From positions 45,510,001 through 45,574,000 of the forward strand of contig NC_086097.1 in NCBI RefSeq assembly GCF_963921235.1: DNA of 64,000 nt. Reading direction: 5' to 3'. Positions 28,461 to 39,799 of this stretch are shown piece after piece. Origin of the DNA: Mobula hypostoma. Taxonomy: Eukaryota. The translations under genes and the position numbers were made by a program. Numbering within the stretch: the stretch's first letter is position 1; every line of letters begins with the position of its first letter. The notes under the pieces are model-generated. The model saw nothing but the letters and a program-made list of their open reading frames with translations. It had not been told where the DNA came from and did no database searches.

Positions 28461-28899
28461 AAATTAATAAGTGTTAACCTTAGTTAAAAGAAAATCATAA
28501 CTCAGCACAGAAAACAATCTCTTCCTACAAAGTCAATGTAAACATTTACACTAATTCCATGTTTATGCCTCCATATTCACTTAAACTTCCTCCACCCCAC
28601 TCACCCCACCAGATTATACTACACAGATACAGACATAATAGGTACAATTGACCACAGCCAAATAACCTACTAACCTATACATTTGTGAGATGTGGAAGGA
28701 AATTGCAGCACCTGGAAACATATGGAGGAAGTGCAAATTCAGGCAGCACTGGAGGTCAAATTGAACCTAGGTTGCTGGAGCTGTGAGACTGAATAAACCT
28801 GTCAGTCTAAGGGACCTTGCACATCATTAAAAGCTAATAGGTAGGAGTAACAAGTGATCAAGAAAGCAAATAGTGGCCCTTTATGAGAAGATTTGGCAA

Positions 28900-30076
28900 A
28901 ACCAATCACCTAGCTGTACTCCTTGCATATAGGCAGACACTGAGGACCTCATCACCAGGGCCAAGAACCATGAAGGTATGTATGTTCAGGGAAGGTGGAG
29001 GAGCATTATCAGAGCTTGTTTGAATCAGTGGACTGGACCTTGTTCAGAGAATCATCTTCAACCTGAATAGGGTTAAGTCATCTTCATCGAGACCGATGTA
29101 GATGAATGTACGCCTTTGAAAACATAACAAGTCTTCCCAACTGAAGCCCTGACCACGAGATCCGTAGTCTGCTGAGGGCAAGATCTTTGACGTTCAGGAC
29201 TGGTGATCCACAATCATTCAGGATGGCTAGGTACAGTATAACCTACAGTGGGCCACTGTGAGAGTGAAAAGGCAATTCCATGTACAGTTTGAGACACTAT
29301 TAGATCTACAGTAGCTGTGGCAGGGCTTGCATGCCATTACTTCCTATAAGGTGAAACCAAATGGCATAAATGGCAGTGATGCTTCTTTTCCTAATATGCT
29401 CAATGCCTTTTATGATTGCTTTAAAGGGAAGAATAACACTATCTCTGTGCACATCCCCACAGTAACTGGCATCCTCATGATCTCTGTTTCAAAGGCCAAT
29501 ATCAGACCATCCTGTAAGAGGGTGAACCTTCATAAGGTGTCAAACCCCAAGCTGTACCTGGCAGGGTACTGAAAGTCTAAGCCGACCAAATGACTGGAGT
29601 GTTCAAAGACGTCTTGAAACTTTCATTGCTGCAGTTGGAGGTTCCCACCTAATTCAAAAAGGCATCAAACATTATCAATGCACCAAGAAAAGTGCAAGCT
29701 GTGAGAATGACCATCACCCCGTGGCACTTAAATCTACTGTGGTGAAGTTCTTTGAGATGTTAGTCGTGGCTAGAGTTAACTCCTGCCTGAGCAAGGACCT
29801 GAACTTGCTGCGGTGTCCATTATTAATGACACTCACTATCCAGGATATGCCTTCTTCTCATTAATATTGGGCAGGAAGCACTCCCCATCGTGGGCTGAAG
29901 ATACACACAACGTTTTAGGAACAGTTTCTTCCTCTCTGACATCAGATTTCTGAACAGTTCGTGAATATCTCAGTATTCCACTTATGCATTACTTAGCTTT
30001 TCTATCTCCGGCAATATACTGCTGTGAAAAACAACAAATTTCTCAACATATGCCAATTATAATATTCTTGATTCTG
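28900..30076 (+). mobile_element. Decayed Rex1/Babar-like LINE with internal deletion
   Basis: ORF 29327-29572 (AITSYK...LNAFY..F) and downstream sequence similar to the 24 kb copy; same 3' tail. Confidence 0.7.
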
Positions 30077-30629
30077 AAAGGGAACCAATATCTTACTACA
30101 ACAAGAGGACATAATGTGGAATATTGGTTTCCTTTCGAAGGATTTACTTGAGCAAGGGGAACATGATGAAGTCATTAGATATATGCCAAGGATAGTATAA
30201 AAGAAATGCGTAGATTATGTCTTAATTCTTTAGAATTTCGAATAAGAAGAGTCATTAAAACTTACAAAATTCTTAGATTTCAACCGGCTGGACGAAGGAA
30301 GATCTCCGCCAGTGGAAGAATTTAAAACAAGAGGATGCAGTCTCAGAGTACGGCGTAGGACATTAGATGAAATATTTGCACAGAGATGGCGATGAATCTT
30401 TGGAATTCCTTACCCTGGAGTGCTGTGGGAGCGAGGGGTGGAAGGGCGGCTACTGACTAAGCTGAAAACAGAGTTGTAAGCTTTCTGAATCTTTCGGGAT
30501 GTACGGATATCAGGAAAATGACATTGGGATAGCAGAACAGGGTCAAAGGGCCAAATGCTCCTAGCTCCGTTTTAAACATAAGTCACATGGAAGCACAACA
30601 GATTCATGTGCAAAACATTTAAGGCGTAC

Positions 30630-30636
30630 CTTCCAT
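30630..30636 (-). CDS. CINP: CINP exon 1 coding part (ATG GAA G)
   Basis: Minus strand reads gaaaATGGAAG|gtacgc at the edge of the CpG-rich region. The phase-1 end fits exon 2, giving a 624-nt CDS (207 aa) starting MEG. Confidence 0.8.
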
Positions 30637-30639
30637 TTT

Positions 30640-31300
30640 CAAAAGCCGCGTAGAGTACAGACCACATCGGAATCCACAATAACTGGGCACTTCCGTTCCA
30701 CCGCCTCTCTTGCTCCGCACTCGGCGCCGCGGCTTTCCTATCTTGATTCGCTAATGTTGCAAAGTTGCTCGTGTTGGATTGGAGAAGTGTTTGCGGTGGG
30801 GAGGGAGCTGGTTTGACTGGTTACTCGGACCTAAAGAGGCGGGATTTCCAGCGCTTTGTTAGCGGATTCGTCATGTGGTCAAGGCGTAAAGGCTTAAGGA
30901 GCATAACAAATACAGCAAGACGGCGCAAGGTGACCAGGAATGGGATTTGCATGCAAGCCGCTGTAATTGGTGGAAATGCGCAACAATTCAGGATTGGTGA
31001 ACTGGCTGAATGACGGTATAGTTAGGAGGTGTTGTGATTGGTGGAGCGTGGACGCAGACAGATGAAGAGGTGATTGGTGGAGCGCGGACGCAGACCTGAA
31101 GAAGTGATTGGTGGAGCGCGGACGCGGACAGATGAAGAGGTGATTGGTGGAGCGCGGACGCAGACATGAAGAGGTGATTGGTGGAGCGCGGACGCAGGCA
31201 GATGAAGAGGTGATTGGTGGAGCGCGGACGCAGGCAGATGAAGAGGTGATTGGTGGAGCGCGGACGCAGGCAGATGAAGAGGTGATTGGTGGGAGTGATG
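30640..31300. promoter_or_regulatory. CpG-rich putative bidirectional promoter / first-exon region of CINP (-) and TECPR2 (+)
   Basis: Sharp local rise in CpG/GC between divergent genes. ETS/GABP-type ACTTCCG at 30689-30695; repeated ATTGG (CCAAT) boxes. The TECPR2 ATG exon starts with a splice acceptor, so an upstream non-coding exon is required. Confidence 0.7.
31034..31292. repeat. Minisatellite, 7 full + 1 partial copies of a 34-36 bp unit GTGATTGGTGGAGCGCGGACGCAGGCAGATGAAGAG
   Basis: Units start at 31034, 31070, 31104, 31140, 31174, 31210, 31246 and 31282, read directly from the sequence. Confidence 0.97.
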
Positions 31301-32789
31301 AGTGGTAGGAGGTGGTGTTGGTATGTGCGGCAGGAGCCTTTCTGAAGGGGTCGCTTCATGTCCGATGCAACATGGCAACTGAGGTGGGAGAAGAGTGGAA
31401 GATGATTTAAGGGTTGAAGTGTCCAACTGGAGCATCGTAAGTGCTGAATGTTAAGCAAATATGAAGCGTACACCACTCAGTTAGGCCTGAGGCGCCGGGG
31501 ACTGAGGGGAGGCAGAGGAATAAATGAGATAAAATATTTATTGCAGGTTCGGTATAGGAGGTTCTCCGTGGCTTTAAGTTACGTGGCAGAGATCGGTTGA
31601 ACTATTTTATGATATATTTAACAAATGTTACACTCAGGATGTTGCGGGTTAACTGATACATGCGTTTCTTATGAAACTCAATTTTTTTTAACTCTAGTTG
31701 TATTTTTGAAGGTATCTTCGTGAGACAGATGCAAAATTACATATCTATGTCCAATCTGCTTTATTGTGAGGAAGATATCTGCTAAATTTAGTATGAATTT
31801 CAGTGCGATATTACTTAATATTCTATACAGAACTTGAATAGATTGCTGCATTGGATATTGTTAAGTAAGTTTGAAAATAAGTGGATATTGTTTATTTCGA
31901 TTTTGGTTTCCTTTGTCCTGAGTTATAGTAAAGGTGAACTGTAGTTTATGTATACGTGACTGGGTGAAACTAGTATTGTCGCCAAAATATTTACTGATGC
32001 TCATAGGCTATTTGAAAGACAGGGCAGGATAGAGAGCAACAAATTAAAATCGTGTAGATTTCTGTTCTTGTATTAGAAGATGATTGACGGAAGAACTATA
32101 AACGGATTTAAATGAAGAGCAGCAAACCTCCGATACGAGATATAAAAACAGAAAATGCTAAAAATACTTAGTTGGAGCTGCAGAGAGAAGCATGTAAAAT
32201 TTGGCTTTTTTTGTGCTAATTAGTTCTTCCTATTTTCAAGATTGCTAATTTAACTAACAAAGGAGTTATTTGAGACTGCAGCAAATCTTTGCCTGTAAGG
32301 GTATATTTGTTATAAGGAAATTGGATTATTAAGAAATTTGCTAACAGGAGAAAGCAGTATTGCTTAGGAAAAGCATATTCTGTTCTTCAACTTTGAAAAC
32401 TTGCCTTCTGAGTGATTGTAACATGTTGTCTTTTCCTTCACCTGTTCATTCCCACTATTTTCTTCTCTCCCCATCTTTATATACTTTCTTCTTTTTGATC
32501 TTGTACTCTAAAACTTTTTTGAGCTATTATGCCCCTTGTCATTTCATGATTTCTTTCCAAATATGTTGATGCTTGAGCAATTCCTTACCTCTGGTTTGTT
32601 CTGTCACAGACTGGGCTAATCTTTGTCTGAGACCCTCGCACTTGTTCTGTTGTTTTCTGTGATTCTGTTGAATTTAGATATGATGCTTTCTTGGGGAATC
32701 TAGAGCAACACGTTCTGGACATCACCTGACTGAATGACAAACAGTTGGTCATTCAGTCAGGTGATGGATCCTGATCTGAAATGTCAACT

Positions 32790-33380
32790 AACAGGAATTC
32801 TGCAGATGCTGGAAATTCAAGCAACACACATCAAAGTTGCTGGTGAACGCAGCAGGCCAGGCAGCATCTCTAGGAAGAGGTACAGTCAATGTTTCAGGCT
32901 GAGACCTTTCGTCAGGACTAACTGAAGGAAGAGTTAGTAAGAGATTTGAAAGGGGGAGGGGGAGATCCAAAATGATAGGAGAAGACAGGAGGGGGAGGGA
33001 TGGAGCCAAGAGCTGGACAGGTGATTGGCAAAGGGGATATGAGAGGATCATGGGACAGGAGGCCTGGGGAGAAAGACAAGGTGGGGGGGAACCCAGAGGA
33101 TGGGCAAGGGGTATAGTCAGAGGGACAGAGGGAGAAAAAGGAGAGTGAGAGAAAGAACGTGTGTATATAAATAACGGATGGGGTGTGAGGGGGAGGTGGG
33201 GCATTAGCGGAAGTTAGAGAAGTCAATGTTCATGCCATCAGGTTGGAGGCTACCCAGACGGAATATAAGGTGTTGTTCCTCCAACCTGAGTGTGGCTTCA
33301 TCTTTACAGTAGAGGAGGCCGTGGATAGGCATGTCAGAATGGGAATGGGATGTGGAATTAAAATGTGTGGCCACTGGGAG
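32790..33380 (-). mobile_element. 5'-truncated young Penelope-like element (GIY-YIG C-terminus plus terminal repeat)
   Basis: Highly similar to 53627-54197 in reverse orientation; flanked by the direct repeat ATGTCAACT (32781-32789, 33381-33389). Confidence 0.88.
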
Positions 33381-35499
33381 ATGTCAACTGTCCATTTCCA
33401 TCCATTGATGGTGAGAGACCCACAGAGTTCCTCCAGCATCTCAAGTAGCATCATTTTTTTGTCTTAATTAACCACGTTTCAGTTCTTGACCTTATAGAAA
33501 GCTGATGAAGTTTATGCCTGTTTTAACAACCTTTATTAACAGTCTGATCTGCAACAGCGTTAAAATACAAAACCATATTGGAAACATTTTTTTAAAATAA
33601 AGTTATAAATTTACACACACCATTGTTTTGAGCTACCTTTTTAATGTTTCAGGTGAGTGACCTTTAATTAGAACTGTTCTGTTGAAAGGCTACCAAGCAG
33701 AACAATTAACCCTGCTTCTCTCACCATAATGTTGCCTGAACTGCTGATTATTTCCTGTGTTTTCTATTTCTATTAACAGGGCCACAATAGTGAGAAGTAA
33801 TTTTGTCAAATATGTATATTGGCATACATAAGAGACTTCCTGAATTTGAAGGAACTGTCATGGAGTTATGGTGGTTGTCTGTCATGTCCAACGATGACAG
33901 GAAACCTGTGTAGGAAAGTTTTTAAAGTGGAAAAGCTGTGGCATTGGGGCAGTTCCACTCTCTTGATCTCAGAAGTCTGGGTCCAGTAATATGAGCAAGT
34001 GTCGCAAGCTGAGGCCTTCCTTGGTTGCAATGAATGACTATCGTGTCTTCTGTGCCTCGTCATGCCCTTCGCTCTCCACAGAGCTTTGCAGTACCATCTC
34101 CCTGGCCATTGATTCTCAGAGAAGATCTCGTCTGCCCAGTCAGCCAGAGCTGAATTTGCATGTCCCTAGCTCTCCGGGGTATGAGGCTGCCGGCTTCCCT
34201 CTCCTGGCCTAGTCTGCTTGTGAAAGCGGTGTACCAGAGTGTAGCCGTTGTCACATGTAAACAGCTGCTTGGAGCCACAGGTGAGAGCAGAGTATCCAGT
34301 GAGGACCAAAGGAGAATGGACACGACAAGCTCCTTCACCAGAGGTGGACACCCCACAATACCCCTGTCATGGAATGTAGTGTTTAAAGTCAGCAGGAAGA
34401 CTGGATGAATCACCAAGATCTTGAGTTAAGTCATTGTCCAAGAATAATCACAAGTCAAAAGTTGGATGGGATATTAAATTTGGATATAATGCTTAGTTGG
34501 GGAAGTGTAGGATGATGCTGATTGGAAGGTCAAAGAAGGAGAGACAGGTTTATTCTGTGAAGCACATGGATGTCATACTTTTTGAAAGTTTATAGAAACA
34601 CAATTAGAATGCCAGTCAATTTAATCATTTTTTGTGCCACTGAATATTGCTTTTCTTAAATCAGAATTTAAATGTTTAAAAAACACATTCTTACATGGAG
34701 TTGTAATTGAATAGAAGATTAAAGACAAAGGCTGAACTTTTGTATTTGCCTTAAATTCTGTGGTTCATTTTTAGTTTCAGTTCAGTGTGCAAACAAAGCT
34801 TCCACTCATCTGTTCTCCCTTAGTGCTGAAGAAACTGCAGGCCAAAAGACATCTTGAGATCCAAGGTTCTTGCAGAAAATGAATAAGCAATGGTATTGAG
34901 CAAAGCTTGCTGATCTTGTTTACAGTCTCATCAAATGAAAAACAATCAGTGTTATTTGGAATTTGAATGCATTTGGTAAATCCATATTATTTGGATTTAT
35001 TCTTACAAGCGGTTGTTCAATTGCGTTTGAATTAGTTAAGAACATAAATGGAATCAGGAGTTAGATGTTCAGCTTTTTGCTGACTGCACTATTCTATAAG
35101 ATCATTATTGATTTTTTTTTTATCTTGTGCCTCTTTGCTACACCAACACAATATCCCTAGATTGCTTTGGAAGATTAGTTACTCTTTGAAAACACGTGCC
35201 GGGTAGGATAATTTATCTCCTCTATTATAGTATGCAATTATTATATTATTTAGAGGTGTAAAGCATTAGATAGAACCTGCTAACTTAACTATGGGTTATA
35301 GTAACTAAATTTCAAGTGATACAAAACATAAATACGTGCAATTTCACTCCCTTCCCCCAACTGAATACATTTACTGTTCATCTGTACAGCTCGTCACTGC
35401 TAGGAAGAAATAATGGTTAACAGAACACATCAATTTCAATAAACAAATCTTAAACAGAGAGTCAATTTGTAATTTATATTTATATATTTTGTATATATA

Positions 35500-35567
35500 C
35501 AGTACTGTGCAAAAGTCTTGGGCACAAATATGTAGCTACAGTGCCTAAGACTTTCTGCACTGTACTA
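35500..35567. mobile_element. Tiny Tc1/mariner-type hairpin MITE
   Basis: CAGTACTGTGCAAAAGTCTTGGGCAC ... GTGCCTAAGACTTTCTGCACTGTACT imperfect inverted repeat in TA context. Confidence 0.65.
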
Positions 35568-36404
35568 TATTTGTAAACACGGAGTGGAGAGTGAGTTTAT
35601 AAATCTGGTGGGAGCAAGGATGTTGGGAATGGTGAGGGTGGAGGGCTGTAGGAAGGGTGTGGGACAGTTGGCAGAGAAGGAGAACCAGAGGAAGGAGGTT
35701 AATATCACCAGCATATGTCGTGAAGTTTGTTAACTTAGTGGCAGCAGTACAACATAGTACATTGGCATAATTATTAAAGAGAATCCATGTTAACAAATTT
35801 GGTGTAGTTCTTTTGAAGTAACAGAGAGAATTGATCTTGGTGTTGTGCATATGATACCGCACAGTAAACAAGTGAACATTTTAAGTTTGTGGCTGTGGGA
35901 AACAAAATGTATGTTAAGAGGTAGAAAGCCAAATGTAATGGCGAGGAGATATATTTTTTCAGATGGGAGTGTGATTTACTGTGATATCTTCCTTGTTTCA
36001 CCACTTCCTTCCCTCTCTCTCTTCTACACCTCGCATTCATTGGGCAATTTTGTTTATTAATAGCTTGTATATTCAGCCTGTTTGCTGGATGTGTTCAGAA
36101 TTTTGGTGTATTAATAAGAAACGTCCAGTGGTGGGAGAAATGGCATTGGCAAAATAACCAAACATAATATGAAGAAAACAATATTCAGAGTTACAATGAT
36201 TTAAGTGGGTTTTTAAAATAGTAAAAAAGGAGACTATTAACTTCTGCAATTAAAGGAATAAAGCACTTCTTTCTGAAGTAGTCAAATGATGGTATTTGAA
36301 GTCTATTTCCTCACATTGTTGAAACATCCATCAGCTGATGGATGCAGTTATCAGCAGAGGCGATGAGATACTTTACTGAAATACTTGATACTGATAGTAG
36401 TCCA

Positions 36405-37010
36405 CCCAAACTGGACCCCCTACAATTCGCCTACTGACACAACTGATCGACAGACAACGCAATAGCCACTGCTCTACAGACCACCCTTACACATCTGGAG
36501 AAGAAGAATGCTTATATGAGAATGCTGTTCTTGGACAACAGTTCAGCATTCAACACCATAATTCCATCCCAGCTCAACAGAAAGCTCGGAGACCTCAGCC
36601 TTGACCCTGCCTTGTGCAGTGGATCCTGGACTTCTTGTCAGATTGCTGGCAGGGTGGTAAGAGTGGGCTCCCTCACCTCCACCCCTGTGACTCTCAAAAC
36701 AGGAGCCCCTCAGGGCTGTGTACTAAGTCCCCTTACTCCCTGTATGCCCATGACTGTGTCATCATCCATAGCTCCAATCTGCTAACTAAATTTGCTGACA
36801 TCACTACATTGTTTGGCCCAATCTCAAACAGTAACAAGGTGGCCTACAGGGAAGAAGTCATCTCTCTGACACAGTGGTGTCAAGAAAACAACCTCTCCCT
36901 CAATGTCGCAAAAACAAAGGAGCTGGTTGTGAATTACAGGAGGAATGGAGATGGGCTAACCCCTATTGACATCAATTAATCCGGAGTTGAGAGGGTAAAC
37001 AGCTTTAAGT
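36405..37010 (+). mobile_element. Rex1/Babar-like RT fragment
   Basis: ORFs [48 protein letters not shown]. Confidence 0.8.
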
Positions 37011-37679
37011 TTAATTAATCTGGCTCTCTCGGCTTTTTGCCAACTCTGCAGATTTAGACTGAGAAATCTTGTAATTTGAGCAAAATGCTATCTAAATAGC
37101 TTTGTTATTAGAAACATGAGAAAGACTGCAGATGTTGAAGGAACTCAGTAGGTTGGGCAGCATCTGAGAAAAGAGTAAATAGTCAATATTTGTTTTTGGT
37201 GCTTTGCTGTTCATAATTTGATGGATATCATAACGGCATAGATTATAATGTGAGAAATAGAAAAAACCCTCAATAAAAAAGCGAAGAACTCTGCTGTTCA
37301 ATTATGAGTGCATTTAGAGTTCTGGTTTTGGATTATTTTTGTGATGTTTACTTGAACTGGATTGAACAATTGAGCTTTGCTCAGTAAGATCTGCCTTTAA
37401 AGCTTCAATATGATAGATTAGGCTAGGGGAATTCTTTTGTTTTTCCCACAGGGACAACAGCTAAAGGAAGTGAAGATAACATCTATAATTATTATTTCTC
37501 TTTTAAACTTTATTTCTTGAGTTTATATCAATAATTTTCTTGCTAACATTGCATTGTCAAGGTTTAAACCCGGCCTGATATAAATGAAGAAAAAAAGTTG
37601 GTTTATTTGCATACTGTAAATAAGATCCAATAATGTTCCTTTTCTTTTTTTTCTTATTAACAGTGTAATTTTGAATGCC

Positions 37680-37898
37680 ATGGCATTAGATGCAAGATTT
37701 ACCACCTTTAAGGAGTTCAGTCATTTATATTACCTACTTAATGCGATTCCAGCAAAAGTACAGAAAGGATTTCGAAATGTACTTGTGCATCTCACAGCAC
37801 TGGATGCCAATAAAGACTACATTGCAGTGGGCAGTAACATCGGCATGCTCTACCTCTACTGCAGACGGCTGAACAAAATGACAAAATATAATTTAGAG
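37680..37898 (+). CDS. TECPR2: TECPR2 first coding exon (MALDARFTTFKEFSHLYYLLNAIPAKVQKGFR...KYNLE); exon begins at 37664
   Basis: gccATGg Kozak context; acceptor cag at 37661-37663; donor GAG|gtatgt; 219 nt. LYYLLNAIP..QKGFR and YIAVGS.IGMLYLYCR match the TECPR2 N-terminal WD40 region. Confidence 0.95.
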
Positions 37899-39799
37899 GT
37901 ATGTTTCAGCATTGGCTTTTTACTGTAGCTATGCAAATAAAGCTGGTTGGGCAGATAATGCAGTGCGTTAGACATTAGCTTTTTATTTCTACTGAATTCA
38001 GCACAGTGTCATAGTTTTCTTCACCGGCATCTTTGTGCAATTTATTTGAGTAGTTTCAGTGCAAATGAACTAGGGGTAGTGATTCTTCCCAAGGCAAAAG
38101 TAATGTCAGATAAGTTAGAAAGATCATGGGATGATGAGCATTAGAAATGAGAAAATAATTTTAGTTAAGCACTAAGTCCTGTGTAGGCTTTGGGTGTCCA
38201 GTTCAGGTGCATTGTAGAAGACTGGGGACATCTTGTACTCGCCATGTTATGGATTTTTTTTGTGTGAACAGTCCCCTTGTTATTTTAGCCACCTTTTGCC
38301 AGATTATCTTTATGCCCTCCGCTTCAGTGTATTTAATTTAAGTTGACTTTTTACTGTATGCAGGGCTGCTTATTTATACCTTCTGGTTCATTTTCCTTTT
38401 TGCCATCTTTCCCCAAACTGACCCCAGTGCCCAGTCATGTCTGATTGTTCCTTAATAAAACTGCATGTTCTTAAATTTAAGTACAGGAGTTTATGATCCT
38501 GTTCCTCAGGATTTTGTTTTATGTCATCAAACTGTTAGAAGTAGGGATCAGAAGTTGGCCATTCTACTCCTTTAGGCAACTCAGTCATTCAGTAGGATCA
38601 TGCTAGATCATCTTCTTTTCAGGTTAATTTTCCTCACCTCTTCCTCCTCACCCTTGATTCCCTGGTGATGGGAAATGTGTCTATCTCAACCATAAGTATA
38701 CCCAAGGATTCTGCTTCTATGACTATTTGTATAAAGGAAGGCATGTAACCCTTTGTAGAAGTTTTTCTTTATTTCATTCTTGGGTGCCTCCTCATTCTGT
38801 GACTGTGCCCTCTGTTTCTGGACTCTCCCATCAGATAAAATATCTTCACAGCATTCATCCTGTCTAGCCCCCTGAGCATTTTAACATGTTCCCGTGTGAT
38901 CATCTCTTCTAAACTCCAATGTGTAGTTTCCTCAAAGGATGACCTATCCATACCTATGATCACCTTGTAAATCTTCTTGGAACTGGTTCCAAACACAAAT
39001 GTTTGCAGTATTCTAGATGTGATCTCACCAGTGCCTTGTGATGTTTCAGTCAGAATTTCCTACTTTTATACGCCAGCCCTCATAAAATGAGGGCCAAAAT
39101 TCCATTACCCTTTTCCTATTTACCTCCTGTACTAGTATGTTAACTTCCTTTGTTTCATTGTCTAGGACCTCCAGGACCCTTTTTCTGCAGTTGTCTGCAA
39201 TTTTTGTCCTGTACTCTGAACAATACTTTTTTTTTCTCTCAGTTCTTCCTTCCAAATGAGCAATTATATGATGCTCTCCATTTGCCAATCATTTGCTCGT
39301 CACTGTCCTGTTGATATCTATCTATAAGCATAAGAAAACAACTCCTCACGTTGTTTTTCCATTTTTATGTTGTCAGTAATTTTGGATACTGTAAATACAT
39401 ACATACATCAAGTTATTATAGTGAACAGTTGTGACAACACTAATCCCTGTGGAACCTCACTGAATTAGTTTAAGATTTTCCAAGTTCATGATAATCAATA
39501 ATATGTTAGAAAAATGTTAGTGATAATGACAGATTAATCAGCCTATTAATATATATTTTTTTGCCTCTCTATTTTTGATTAGGATCATCACGTTGACAGT
39601 TTCAATCCCAGGGCGCATCTCCAGAATGCACAGATTTTTGTAAGGCTATAAATAATACATCCACAATCTCTGGAACTACTTCTTTGAGTATCCTAGGATG
39701 CAATTCACCTGAGAGACTGTTTACCCTTTTATCCCTTAGAATTGGTCTCCTTTACTAGCATCTTGTTTGCTGAGTGTCATGAATCATTGTATAGAGCAT

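Noticed and set aside
31034..31292. CRISPR-like array of ~36-bp repeats
   Set aside because: Units are directly adjacent with no unique spacers, there are no cas genes, and the context is vertebrate. It is a minisatellite.
30988..31476. Repetitive His/Ser/Pro-rich ORFs on the minus strand
   Set aside because: By-products of translating the tandem repeat; no splice or homology support.
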